This document shows, piece by piece, positions 27,927 through 41,195 of a DNA stretch of 64,000 bases. Position numbers and translations under genes: made by a program. The notes beneath the pieces are model-generated. The model ran no database searches and was not told the origin of the DNA. It saw only the letters and a program-made list of their open reading frames with translations. The stretch is from NCBI GenBank assembly GCA_016748015.1, contig JAAOMT010000429.1, positions 248,001 through 312,000 on the forward strand, in the 5' to 3' direction. Positions within the stretch are counted from its first letter, which is position 1, and each line of letters opens with the position of its first letter. This DNA is from Geosiphon pyriformis uo1. Lineage: Eukaryota; Fungi; Glomeromycota.

Positions 27927-29843
27927 TGACTTGTTTCTTTTGAGTCGCATTAATTACCCAGCTAGGTTGAATTTGGCATATTTATTAACAAATCCAAGGC
28001 AATCTTAGCAAATTTCAATTTAGTCTCTTGATTTTGACTAAGTTTACCTAAAGAAAAAGAATCAATATTAAAACTTTACTTTCCATTCTTGCGTAAATAA
28101 AGTTGGTGATCTTTAAAAAGCATATTCTAAACAATTCCATTGTTTATCTTTCAAATCCATAAACATTATAGTTTCAATTGGAAATTGAATATTATGAGAT
28201 ATTTTGAAATTTTTTTTAAAGGATCATGTAATTAAAAATTTAAAAACACAATATAACAATTATTTATAATGATGGAGCAAATAATAAAAAAAATTATAAC
28301 AAATAATAAATATTAAAAGAAATTTATTATAGATACAATATTTCAAAGAGATTAAATAAATTTGCAATAAAAAAATTTATTTTAATAACATTACAACTTG
28401 TATATTAGAAAAATGGTTTAAAAAGATTAATTGAATAAAATTTTTAAATATCAATTTTAAAATTGTTTTAACTCACCAAAAATGAATTGTAACTTTTTGC
28501 TCTTTTTTAAGTAAATTTCTGAAAGTAAAATATAATTGGTTGAAAACTAAGTGCTATCCAGTTTTAAAAATTTCCAATTTCTCTTCAATTCTAAAATAAA
28601 ATGAGCTTTTTTGAATCGCCAGGTAGTTTATGTTTGACAAAAAGATAATATATACAATAAATATTTTTGTTGCCAAAGGATAGGATCCATTTTCATTATT
28701 TCGAAAACGGTAAAAAAAAGTTTTTTGATATATGGTATTTGATTGAGCTATGTAATTTTTTTCTTAAGGTATGAAATCATGTTATTTTATATTAAAAAAG
28801 TTGGATTGTTTAACAGATAATTTTTTATTTAAATACAAAATAACTAAAATTTATATAATATCAAAATATTTTTACTAAAAGAAATTGCAAAGAATTAAAA
28901 TCTGAACTATGCTTAATCTTAAAATTACCCACATTTCAAAATCAAAATAGATTTCTTGACAATTTAAACATAATCAGTAAAGTAAAAATTTTGCTTTCAG
29001 GTTTTTCAATGATGTATGGTTCAATTTCGAATTCTGAAGTTTTTAAAGTTGCCTTCTAAGTTAAACCTAATCCCAGAGCTTTTTATTGAACCCTAATTAA
29101 ATTGAGCTAACAAAAATTCATTTTATATCAAGACATTTTTGCTTTGCGATTTTCTCAGTGAAAAGTTAATTTGGCGTCTCGGTCTACAGTTTTTGGTGAA
29201 CTTTTAAGATAATAAAATTTAAATCATATAAACATTTCTTGATTCCTAAGAAATTCATCTCTTACTCAGTCACACTTGATCATTAAATATCTCACAGAAA
29301 CCTAATAGGGTATTGATGGCTAATTTCTGCATACCAGCCAACAAACGTAAACTATAAAATAGGGTTCAGATTTCCTGTTCAATAATATAATGACTTAATT
29401 TATTATTCTCATTTGCTTGCTTCATCGGAAAAAACCTAGAAAATAAATTAGATAACGCCATACAAAAAAAATTCGTCATGATGGTCCGAAATTTTTTCAA
29501 TGAGCATCAAAAGTTGTTTATTGATGCTTTTCTGGCGTTGAAGTCCTGATTATTATTAATTCAGTGAACACACACAAGTGGTGCCTCTCAACTGTCTTGT
29601 GACATCTTATGACATGCTCACTGCGAAACTAACTAATGAACAGATGGCTTTTTCTATCTTAGATTTTTTGGCTAAAAATGGCCACTGAAAAGATATAAAC
29701 TAAACAGATTAAGGCTCTAAAACTTAAATACATCAAATTAAAACTTTTCTTTATGAATTCTTTAGGATTTGTTACAAAGTTTCTTATAAAAATTCACTTG
29801 AAAAAATCCAAAACCTCTAAACGAAATACAGTGTTGGCTTTAG

Positions 29844-30758
29844 ATAGAACTTCATCGTAGGCGCAAGATTCTTCTTGCTTATGATAATTCTGATTTCAGC
29901 AAGGTATTTATTGAGGTTTCAAATTCATACCTCTCGCTAAATTTTGCCAAAAACAGTTTGAAATTTTTGTAATGTTAATTTTACTTTCAATTAGTATGTC
30001 TACAACTTTTGCGTCAGCAGTATCCTGATTCCCAACCATGATCATGTTTCTTTAGCGACTGTGATCGATGAAGAACAATCAGCTCTATTAATGGCATTTT
30101 CTTCTACCAAGACCCAAGCCAATGGTAAAGTTCAATTTGAAACGTTGTTTTTGTGTTTTCATTTATTGATATTTTGCCAAAAAAACATATTCCTAATTTT
30201 TGGGTAATTGGTCCTTTAAATTGCAGAAAATATGAAAAAGAACAAGCGATTGTCGTTCAGCGAAAACAAAGAGGCTCAAGAAATATTGAAACCTTTGGCA
30301 GAGGAATTAGCAAGTCGAGGGGTAATATTATGTTTCTTCTTTGGTGTTTCAAATTGCATCGAATATAGCAGCTTTTTAACCTTTCAAAATGTATAGATTA
30401 CGTCAAATTATTATATTCTCAAAGGTGACCCTAAAACTCAACTTGTAAAGCTTGCCGCGAATACACATTCTGATTTGTTCATTGTTGGCACTCGTGGCCT
30501 TGGAATGGTCAAACGGTAAGTTTACTAACTATAAATTAGACGTTCTTTTTCTTTAACTGATCTTTTTTTCCATTTAATTCAAGTCAAATACTTGGAAGTG
30601 TTTCTGATTACATCGTACGCCATTCGGACTGCCCGGTTTTTGTGGTTAAAGAAAAAGGTGAAAAGGCCAAATCTCGCAGCCGCCCTGCATCAATGGCAAA
30701 TAGTGTATTCTCACCCTATTCTCTAGAGCAATTGGCGTCTATTGATACACAAACTTGA
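29844..30758 (+). CDS. Universal stress protein (USP) family; join(<29844..29903,29995..30124,30227..30321,30397..30515,30584..30758), start unresolved
   Basis: RRKILLAYDNSDFSK, then KGDPKTQLVKLA and DLFIVGTRGLGMVKR|QILGSVSDYIVRHSDCPVFVVK (the USP G-x2-G-x9-GS motif). Four GT-AG introns keep the frame. Absent from the ORF track. Confidence 0.9.
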
Positions 30759-31109
30759 AACATTAATTTCCTTATCAGAAAATTATATTCTTTGAGCCTC
30801 TAATCTTCTCATTCATTATAGTCATTAATCTTTAAAGCTCTTTTTTATTTTATTGTACATCCAAATTTTTAACTTTTTTTTGTTAGCCACTATTATTTAT
30901 TCAAACAGATATTGTTTCAATAGCTGTGAGGGTATTTATAACATAATTAATTGGTCTGCATTGAATTTAAAGTATCTTTGCACTATTTTATTATTCTTTG
31001 TCTCTTTCCGAAAAAATACAATTGAATAATGTTATTTGACCTGCAATTCTTCCAAAGTACTGTCAGTATGGTGTACCGATTTATAGAAGCTTTCCAAATA
31101 TATTTGTTT

Positions 31110-32270
31110 AAATGAAAATATTGACTGGCAATAATTTTTTTCTTAATTGCCACATTTTAAGGCACTTTATCAGCTTTTTAAAGTTTATTTTTACAATTAT
31201 TGGCATAAGTTGTAATTTTATAAAAAATTGGTAATTTTTTGTAAAAGTTTTTTTTTGCTGTCTTTGAGTTTTTTGTTCTTTTTAAAAAATATATAATCTT
31301 TTTATTAATGTAAAAAATAAAGTTAATTTAATTAAAAAACTATTAATTAATTTTATATGTTTTTGATAATATTGAAATAAAAATTTTACAAATTCAAGAT
31401 AATTTGCTTTTATAACTTTTAATTTTGACACTTTTATTAACTAGTTATTAATAATGTTTTTGTTCTTTGTAAATTATATATTATAGGAAATATTAAATAT
31501 TATAGATAATTGTATAATATATTAATCTATAAGTTAATATTTTAAGTTTTTTAATTAATTTGAAGATTTTAGTATTTAAAAGTTTTAGTTGGTTGAGTTT
31601 TTTGTATAATAAACAGAAATTTATAAATAATAACTAATAATATTTGGTATTTAACTTTTTAAACATAGTAACTAAATTTATTTTAATGTTTTTTATCTTT
31701 TTAATAAGTAATTTAATAAATTAATTCTATGTCTATTCTTGTATTTTTTATTAAGTAATCTTTAATATTATAATTTTAGAACTTTTTTTAATCAATTAAT
31801 AAAATAAAACAAAAAAATATACAATAATAATAATAATAATAAATAATAAATAAATATCTTATTAATAGTTATGATAAAAAGTTATTGTTTTAGTATTGTT
31901 AGTAATTTTAAGTAAATGCTAGCAATATTAATTTAAAGTAAGTAAATTTTAATAATAAATAATTAGATTATATTTTATTAAAAAAGTGTTTATTTTAAGC
32001 ATTATATTTCTAACTGCTAATATTATTTAATAAAAATCTAAAAAATTAATTATTTTTTCTGCTTTTAATACTATTATTATATATATATAAATATTTATAA
32101 TATAAGATTCTTGAAATTTTTAATAATTTCTACACTTTTTTGAATTATTACTGAAATTTTTAGCATTATATTATTTGATAATTTTTATTATATTGGTTAA
32201 TTTCTGTTATATTTAACTACTAATTATTTTTTTATATTTTTTTATAAGTAATAATACATCTAATAATTTC
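31110..32270 (-). mobile_element. Decayed LTR (~31498-32270) plus adjoining gag-like leader of a Ty3/Gypsy element
   Basis: Shares collinear blocks with the solo LTR at 62948-63755: TATTA.AGATAATT, TTTTGTATAATAAACA.AAATT, AATTATTTTTTCTGCTTTTAATACT. Strongly CpG-depleted. Boundaries approximate. Confidence 0.55.
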
Positions 32271-32749
32271 AAAAACTATTAATAAACACATTTATAACAT
32301 CTAATTTTACATTTTTTAAATTTATATTAATATTATTATTAATTTGAAAATAAATAATTAATTAATTAAATTAAAAAATTGAATAATTAAAAAATTGAAT
32401 AGCTAAGTGATAAATAAATAAATAGTAAAATAATAAATTATAAAAAATTTAAATTTTTTTTTAACACTTTTATATTCTTATTTTTTTACTGATAATATTA
32501 GTTAATTACTTTATTTATCAATTTTTAAAAAGTGGGTAAGATGTTTGTCAATTCAAAAACATTATTGTGAATTCATAAATTTTATATTTTATAATAATAA
32601 CAGTTTTTATTTTACTGGCAAAATTTATTTTTACTTGCCAAAAATCAATGGTTAAGTCAAATTGATTAAAAGCATTATTAATTCTTAAGAATAAATACAT
32701 ATTTTATTTAATAATAGTATTTAATTATTAATAATCAACATTAAATTAA

Positions 32750-33700
32750 TTTTTTTTTTGAATACCACTATAACTGAGAATGTCTATTAACTCTTGGTTT
32801 TCTGTATAAATCAAAGTTTTTCTATTCAATCTATTTTTTTGATAAATTTTTTATTTTGTTAGTTTGATTGATAAAACTTTAAGTAAATAAGTTAAAATTT
32901 TTTGGTTTTGAATACATATAAAATAAAATTGGTTTAGCCAAAAAATTTTACTTTTTTTAACACAACTAAACTATTTTTGATTAATTGATTTTTAATATCA
33001 ATCTTTTAATCTTTTTTATTAGGTTTTTTTTGTTTAATAAAAATACTGATTTAAAATATTAGATATAAATTTTGTTTAGTAATCTTAACAAGTATTTTTG
33101 TTAAAAATTAATTAAAAACTTTTAAAAAGCTTTTTATGTTCAAAAAAAAACTAAAACAAGAAAAATTTATAAAAAAATAATTGTCATAAATAAAATTTCA
33201 AGTACTTTTTTTTTGAATGTCTTTTGTACTGTTTTTGATTTTTTCATTGGAAATTAAGCTAATTGGTTTTTAATTTTTATAAAAGATCAAATATAATTTG
33301 TATTTATTACTTAAAAAGTAGCGAAGATAATTGCACTAGTATTTGGTATAGGAACTATATTATCAATAGTTCCATTTTACTTTCTTTTTGGCTGTCTTCT
33401 GAATATTGTTTTAAGCATATCATGATAAAGCCAATAGCTAAGTTTTCTATTGACTATAAGATTTTTACTGTTTGCTTGCCATTTTTTAAAATTGTAGAAG
33501 GTCGTTTTCTTTTTTTACTTATAGATTTTCTTATTCTAAAGATTTATTTATATAAAATAATTTTTTTAAAAGTTTTATTAATAATTTATAACCATAAATA
33601 GAACAAAAATTTTTAATTTGCTTTTTTATTTTTAATAAATAATATTTAAGAAATTAATTTTTATCCATTATAGAATTATATGTCTATAATAATAATTTCA
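32750..33700 (-). mobile_element. Heavily mutated retroelement-like coding fragment
   Basis: AT-rich and CpG-poor, with residual codon structure and scattered stops like the other relics. Domain not identified. Confidence 0.3.
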
Positions 33701-33720
33701 TAGTTATTATTTAAAAATTG

Positions 33721-33990
33721 AATTAGGTTAATAGGAACTTTTTTTTCATTTTTCATTTGTCGGGTTTCTCAAAAAATTTTTACCAATAAAAATAAAATAT
33801 TTTTACTGGAATATATAATCTCAATAATGAAATTTTTATCAAAAACTGCTTTGTTTAAACATGTGTAAGCTTTTTCAGATATTGACACTCTTCTATTTCA
33901 AATATAAGCATGTCAAATGTATCATTAAGTCAACTTTTATTTTTAATCAAAAATGATATTTAATATTGCAAATTTTTTTCTGCAAAATCA
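33721..33990 (+). repeat. Dispersed repeat, copy B (pairs with 1487-1770)
   Basis: Same collinear blocks as copy A. Confidence 0.8.
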
Positions 33991-34707
33991 TTATTAAATT
34001 AAGTAAGTTTGCTCCGATTACAAAAGTCTTTTTGGCAAAATATTGATAAAAAAGACTTAACAAATTTATTAGAAAATTTCTTTCTCATTTGCTAAATTTT
34101 AACATTTATATTATAACTAATTAGTTTGCTATATTTGCATGAATTTTTATAGACTAAATTTGAGAAATAATTGGTAACATTTTCATTTTTTTCGTTCAAT
34201 TATGTAGGAAATTGGTATGAAATAAAATTTAGCCCAAATGCCATATATTGAATAAGAAGCTTGAAAAGTTATTTGAAAAGGTCTAAGAGAAATGATTGCA
34301 ACTAGTAAAAATGCAGTAACCTTAAGATCATTATATATAAAGAAAAAAAAAAGTACTAATTTACTAGTTCTTATTATGAAAATTAATAGTGGGTAAATTT
34401 TTAAGAGATAATTGAAACTCTAATCAAAAGTTTTATTGGCTCCACCAACGAGTATTACGATGGCTAGAGCCGTATGCGCCTCCTTGGCTTTGCTATCTTT
34501 GGTTAATTATAGGGATCAAGACCAATGGCTACATGTCAGAGAAAATGGAAAAATCAGACTGCAGATAGCAATACAAGGGTCAAAGAGGAGGTGTTTTTCT
34601 TTAATTAGATTTCGTTCAAGCTATTATATTGCAAATCTAGAATTTTGAGTTTTGATAAGAAATATTGAGAAATTTAGGGTATTCCTTTATAAGAAACTGA
34701 AAGCTTA

Positions 34708-35362
34708 ATGAGAAGAATGGGTTCTAATTATATAAAAATATTATTATTTTCCTTTCGACAGCCTAAAAGTGTTCGATTCACATTATAAGTAGATGACTAT
34801 ATGTCTTTTCTTAAAAAAAAACCTGAAACAGATATTACAATTTTTTGATCAATTAATGAAGCTAACTTTTAACATTACAATCTAAAAGAAACTTTGGGCT
34901 TGTTTACTTATCTTAATACACCAAGACTCATATATGTATATCTAATCTAAAAGATTGTACTGGTTTTATAGACTTTGGTAACCTGAATTTGAGTTACTAA
35001 AATTTATTCTTTAACAAATTCCAAGAGTAATATTTTTTGACCAATTCTACCAGAATTATTTCAAACTGGTTCATTTGCACCACCACGAACACCACTATTT
35101 TAAGAATACTAGTTTCAAATACTTTGAAAATATGAAACAATTTTTCTCATCTAATATCTAGCTTTTAATTAAAATTACTATCTTTCAATCATCCCTTTAA
35201 TCAATAAAAATGTTAGCTATAATAAATTAAGAATAATTGCCCAAGTTTAGTCTTTCAACTTTGAAGATTGAGGGGAAAGCCTAATGTCATAATATGAGAA
35301 TGAAGTGTTTTCGTAAATTCTTACAACGAGCTGCATTTTCTATCGAAATGCCAAAATTATGA
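34708..35362 (+). pseudogene. Probable decayed, internally deleted lipase class 3-like paralog
   Basis: LVYLS*YTKTHICISNLKDCTGFIDF-G|GTAACC mirrors the exon-1 ends of the two intact paralogs. A 76-nt intron (34978-35053) is followed by RTPLF (cf. RSPLY). YNELHF-IEMP-NY at 35322-35360 resembles HNGPYFGVEMGNC. Confidence 0.4.
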
Positions 35363-36574
35363 AAATAGAATAGTAAATAGAATAGTAATTTGATCGTATT
35401 TTTTGTAAAGAATCCAAATATTTATCAAAATAAAATATGTTTTACATTACAAGCTTTCATTTAGAGATTTTCATTATCTTTTCCATATAAACTTTATAAC
35501 ATCTTCAAAAAAAAAAAAGATTGAGACTTGTAAATTCCTTATGATAAATTAAATGATTGAACTATTCAAATGAATAATGGGACTGGTTTTTCTTGTTTTT
35601 CAGTTAATTAATAAAAGCATTGGAAATCGTGAATTTTTTTGAAACAGGCAAAAAACAATTATTATTTAAGCGGATCTCACTATCTATTAAACTTTGGTGT
35701 TACGCGGCGATCATTGCATTTATATATGACCAAGTTTTAAAATATTTTCGAAATTTCATAGGAGATATCTGTTGGTAAATAATATTTCATAAAAAATGCT
35801 TTTGCAGATTATTTTATTTTAAACAAAAGAGTTATATTCTCAAAACTTAGATGCTTATTAGCTCTCTTATTTATCTAATTTTATCTTTGCAATTAAATTA
35901 GAAATTTCTCAGAAAGTTTTGAAAAACATTAAATAATTTGATTTTTCACTTTATTGGAAAGATGCTCTTAAATTAGATTAACCGCATGCATAAAATTAAA
36001 TGTTTATTGTATAGAGAATTCCTGGATGTTCAAATAAATAAGACCTGAATATTTTTAATTGCATTTTAACAATTGCACCTAAAACCATTATAATTCTCCA
36101 TTCCTAAAGCCTAAATCATGTATCATCTTTTATATGAAGTTTTTTTTATATAACTATAGAGGTTTAAGAAATTTTTTCAGGCTAATTTTCCTATCCCAAG
36201 TCATCGTTTATTTGAAAAGTTTAGTTATACACTTATTTGAATTATTAATAAATCAAAGTCACTAATGCTTAAAAATATGAGACTTCATAAATTTTTGATA
36301 ATTTAATAGTTTTTTTCCAAATTCTCAAGTGCCCAAATACATTTTAAACAGAAATTAATGTAAATTTAATCGCATTTTCTGGCTCAAAAAATAACAACCT
36401 GTAAAAACTTTTGATTGCACTTATTGAATCAGTTTTTAATAAACGCTCTGATTTTGTATAAAAATACATAAATAAAAATCTGCCATAACTTTACCCAATA
36501 TATCAATAAAGTTTTAATAGTATAGGCTTCAAATTTTAGATGTTAAATAATTTAAAAGGGTTAAAATGCTTTAG

Positions 36575-37401
36575 TCATTTAACACTCTTATTTCCCAGAA
36601 GGGTTAATTGATCAAGTACTACGTCCAAATTAAAATATGATCTAATTAGAAGAATAACTGTGTGACCACTAGCGCTAACCACCAAAGTGATGTCAACCAT
36701 CGAACCGGGAAATTTTTCGGCAAGATATTGTGAGAGCTGCTCTTTGAAATTATTCAATATAAAATATTCGGCAACTTTAAACCTCACAAAACTACTTTTG
36801 TCAAAACTTTTCAAGGGCTCCCTAATGACGAGATTATCGTAGTCACATTTAACCTCAATCATCCTACGATGACATTTTTCGATGTTCCACAAAATCGAAT
36901 TCTCGATCTCCATAAAAAAAACCCTTTGCCATTAGTGCATCGGTTTGATGAGCCATTATGTAGCGAGTTGTTTTGAAAGGGATATTAAAGTATTCACATT
37001 CTTTAGATACTTCTTTAAAAGTTACACAAATTGTGTCCAAAGTTTCAGTTGTCATTTTAGAGATTGGTGGGAAATTAACCACTCCGTTTCTGTAGAATTT
37101 CATTATGTAATAAAGGCATGGCGATTTCGATCAAAAAAATACTCATTATCATTTATTAGATGCAGCATAGTCTGATTTCTGGGGTCAAACACAGGGTGTT
37201 AGAATATGCTATAGGGGTAGGTGGAAAGGGTTCGTACTAAGATTTATAATCAATTGGAAAAATTAATAGAATCCAAGATTTATCGCATTTGAATACGAAG
37301 TAGAATGAATTCTAAGCATTGAAAATGCCCAAAAAACCTGCCTTAATTCCTCCCACATTCAAAATAATTTTTTCTTTAAAAATTTTGCACTTTTGAGCCA
37401 T
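36575..37401 (-). pseudogene. KCTD-like BTB (T1 tetramerisation type) pseudogene with three frameshifts
   Basis: MAQKCKIFKEKIILNVGGIK|YE...AYSNTL/FDPRNQTMLHLINDNEYFFDRNRHAF/YIMKFYRNG...KECEYFNIP. Intron 37341-37237 has a GC donor. Frameshifts near 37190, 37110 and 36915. Confidence 0.85.
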
Positions 37402-37535
37402 TATTTGTAATAGAAGGCAAGATTGTTCTCTGAATAAACGAACAGATTTAAAACTTGGAAAGAAACCTTGAACCTCTAAAAATATAAACATTTAGAGCGA
37501 AAAACCACAATCTATCAGTCTTCTTGCAGAACAGA

Positions 37536-37570
37536 AAAAGGTAAAAGGTAAAAGGTAAAAGGTAAAAGGT
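37536..37570. repeat. (AAAAGGT)5 tandem repeat
   Basis: Five perfect heptamers. Confidence 0.95.
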
Positions 37571-38124
37571 TTGATTTCAATCTGATCAACGCCAAATAAA
37601 GTTTGCAAAATTTTGTAGCCTTCAACAATTCATCTTATCTAGACATAATTTTTTTTGTCATCTTTTCAAAAGCTGGTTAACTTGTGAACTAAAGAAAAAC
37701 AACTTTTGGAAGTTTTTTGATCGCATAACTCGATACCGTAGGAATTTATTGAAAATTTTGAATAACCAAAGAATTATTTGAAGGAATTAAATAAGGCATA
37801 GGTATTAAAATTCCAAAATCTGTTTTCAGTGTATCTGCCACGATATTTCTACAAAAGGATTAGAAAATAGATTCATTTAAGTTCAGTTTTTATTTGCAAA
37901 GCCAAATATCAGTTCAATTTTTCTAAAAATTTTCAGTCTTAGCCAAGTTAATGGTCCATAAAAAAATTGACTTGGCTTACAATCAAAATTATGGAAAAAG
38001 AATGTTGCTAATTATTTTCAAACAATTTTTATGAATAAAAATTTTGCAATTAAGAAAAAATTATGCTACTTTAATTACCAGTGAAAATTTTTTCAATTTC
38101 CAAAATTTAATATATAGATTGGTA

Positions 38125-39290
38125 CACCACACTTTGGGGAAATTATAGGTCAAAAAACATTGTTCCATTGTAGTTTTTTCAATTGTTTTCGGAAAGGGAA
38201 AAAGAGTATTAAAATAAGTGCAAAGATATTTTAAGTTCAATGCAGACTAATTAATTATGACATAAATACTCTCACAGCTATTGAAACAATATATGTTTGA
38301 ATAATAAAGTGGCTCAAAAAAGAAATTATTAAGAGTTGTACACGGGTGAAAGGTAAGCTTATTTTAATTGTCTAGAATTAAAAGTAAATTTTTTGATTAT
38401 TTAAGTAATTATAATTTTGCCTTTGTTCGGTTTTAAGTTTCTTTCAAACAAAAGACTTAATGTTAAGTATACATGCCAATTGTTTTTCATTACATTATAT
38501 ATAAATTTATCGTCGTATTACAAATTGATATTAATAAATACATATTTAAACTTCAAATGTCTCGAGAAAAGTTTTCCTATACATGCTCTTTATAGGGAGA
38601 GATATTCGACTCAACAGGTTGCTGCGCGAGAAAATGTATGCATATTTTCGGTTATACGAATATGTAAAAATAAATAAGATACTGGAAGCTTTGATAATAA
38701 ACCAAAGTTGGGCAGTCCATGTATTATTTCAGGCTGATATGAGCGAAAAGTTCTTTGAACAATTAAATTTTGAAAAAAAAAAGCTCCAAAACGATTAAAA
38801 AATAATGGTTTCTGTTGAAAGTATACGTCGTGTATTTAGAAGAAATAGTTTATTTGCATGGACAAAACAAAAAAAGCCATTTTCTTGAAGAAAAGTTATT
38901 TAATTAACCAAAATATCATGTGACCAGTCAAATTTGAGAATAGTAAACTAATGGTTTCAAATTGTTCAAGACCCAATAATATTGTAAAATGAATACAAAT
39001 ATTATCAAAATATTTTATTAGAGGATTTTGTAAGTAAATGCACATGATATAAATCTAAAAAATTAATAATCCTAAAGTATATATAAATACACTTGATTGA
39101 CTAATGCAGTTATTAGACTTGAACAGGATAGAAAGTTTAAAGCGAGTAAGATAATTATGAAAAAATTTACAGATAATATGAATGATATTGAACTTATTTT
39201 TATATATTCGATTTATTAATATCATGCATTAAAGAAAAAATACTATCATAAGAGCCAATAAGGAGTATAATAAAATGATGAGTTTAAATA
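38125..39290 (+). mobile_element. Degenerate, internally deleted Tc1/mariner transposon
   Basis: HTH region from ATG 38557: YRERYSTQQVAARENVCIFSVIRICKNK*DTGSFDNKPKLGSP, then VSVESIRRVFRRNSLFAWTKQKKPF. Outer boundaries approximate. Confidence 0.7.
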
Positions 39291-39533
39291 TTATTTATAA
39301 TAAAAGGCTTCATAATTACTAAGTTTCTACTTTATTAAAATTTATTTCAAGATTTTATTGTAAAAATTTGCAATTAAACCAATGTAAAAGAACTAATTTT
39401 ATAAAATAAACTCATATTTTCCAATTTGAATTTAATGTATTCATTACTTTAGACTTGGAATCTAGACATTTTAATAAATTACTGACAAAAGAATTTACTC
39501 TCATTCCTTCCCAAAAAATAAACATTCATTTTA

Positions 39534-39740
39534 TTAAGATTTCCTAGATATTTGCGGAGATAAGGGTTTAATAAAAGAATGTTTGGCTGATTGAGATATT
39601 AAAATACCCGAATAATCAACTGCTCCCATTATTACAGCCAAACAAACAATAGAAATTATAACGATTGAGAATAATAAAGAGGGTTTGATTAATAACCAAG
39701 AGAAAAAACCGAAATCATTACCAGAATAAAAATGCTTCAT
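39534..39740 (-). pseudogene. Short ORF with a transmembrane segment; possibly the truncated first exon of another lipase-like paralog
   Basis: ATG start and hydrophobic LLFSIVIISIVCLAVIMGAV. Downstream out-of-frame EYIKFKLENMSLFYKIS loosely resembles ELINFLKRMAIYAREA. It abuts the Tc1 relic. Confidence 0.25.
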
Positions 39741-41127
39741 TTTACAGAGAAAAAAGATAGCTTAATCCAAAAGATTGAAAAAACTTTGAAGTCTTGAAAT
39801 AATTGAAAAAAGAGTGGTATTCAATAATTTTTTTACTATTAAATCTGATGGCCCACAAAACGATTAGAATCAAATTTTCAAAGGTCAATATTATCTCCAA
39901 GCTATTTATACAAACCAATTAGAACAGAGAATTTAGAATCTTTCAAAATCTACTTGTGAAAATTAAATATGCTTATCAAAAATCTTAACATGAAGAAATG
40001 GGCTGATGAAAATAGAGTATTAATCGAATCTTGGACTATTTTTTGGCTAAAGATCTCTGGATGTCTAAAATAATAAAACTCATTTAATTAACAATTAAAT
40101 TTTACAAAGTTTTGAACAATTAAATTTACTTTTTTTAATGTTTTTATTATAATTTTAATCTCAAAATCATATTTCAAACTCGATCTATTTCAAAAAAATT
40201 TTGAGTCTGCTTTAAAATATGACTTATTTAAAAAAATTATTATTATATTTGCGTTTAAATGAACTTTCAAATCGCTGACTAAATTCTGATATTTGATCTT
40301 TCTTTAACTTAGTGAATAAAATTTTAGCGAAACCATTTAAGCTTTACATTGATATTCAACAAGTTTCAAAAAATATTTTGATTATGACATATAAGGCAAT
40401 AAAGATTTACACATACAAACAATAATTTAGCTTCAAAGTGGGATTTTGGATATTGATCATGCTTAATAAATGGCATTTTGATGTATTTTTCATTTGGTTA
40501 AAACATTTTTTTTTAAATAATTTCATTTTAGAATCGAATTAACGTTTTGGTTGATTAGTACAATAAATTTCTCTTTACTTGACTATACTGTTAATCAATG
40601 CTTTTTTCAAAAAAAACAAGAATTGTTGTGTAAATTAATATGAAAGTATTTGTTTGATAAATTTATTTTTTGGAAGCTAAAATATACTGATTTTAACATC
40701 GCAAAACTTTAGTTTATTTTTACAAATTAGAATCAATTTCTTGTGTAATTTTGATTCAAAAATAGAAATAAAAAACAAAAAATACGGTTGATCTTAAATA
40801 TATTAATGAACAAAATAAATTTTCTCAATTTAATAAGAAATATGATTTATAACTAATTATAAATTAATAATAAAAAGTTTTAAATTAAACCTTTTGAAAT
40901 GATGTTTATATAAAAAAATTTGTGATATCAATGTAAAATATATTTTTAATTTTATTATTATTGGTTTGGAAAAATTAACATTATTTTATATATTTTAAAA
41001 ATTTTATAAATCAAGATATTTTAAATTATCTTATTAAACAATTATCACAATTTTATAAATATTATTTTATTCCAAAGATATTTGTTTATTATATAATGAA
41101 AAAAAATAATCGAAATTAAATTTAATC

Positions 41128-41128
41128 A

Positions 41129-41185
<57 letters not shown>

Positions 41186-41195
41186 CATTATTATA
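41128..41195. repeat. (TAT)n microsatellite
   Basis: Directly visible run of about 20 units. Confidence 0.9.

Noticed and set aside
33300-33370. IDNIVPIPNTS (minus strand) resembling the amidophosphoribosyltransferase VIPVPDTS motif
   Set aside because: The flanking purF/ADE4 motifs are absent and the segment lies in decayed repeat-like DNA.
34430-34650. Relatively GC-rich island with a 70-aa ORF
   Set aside because: TTG start, and no recognisable motif or splice structure in any frame.
37536-37570. (AAAAGGT)5 as a telomeric or CRISPR-like array
   Set aside because: Simple tandem repeat with no spacers, not TTAGGG, in a eukaryotic context.
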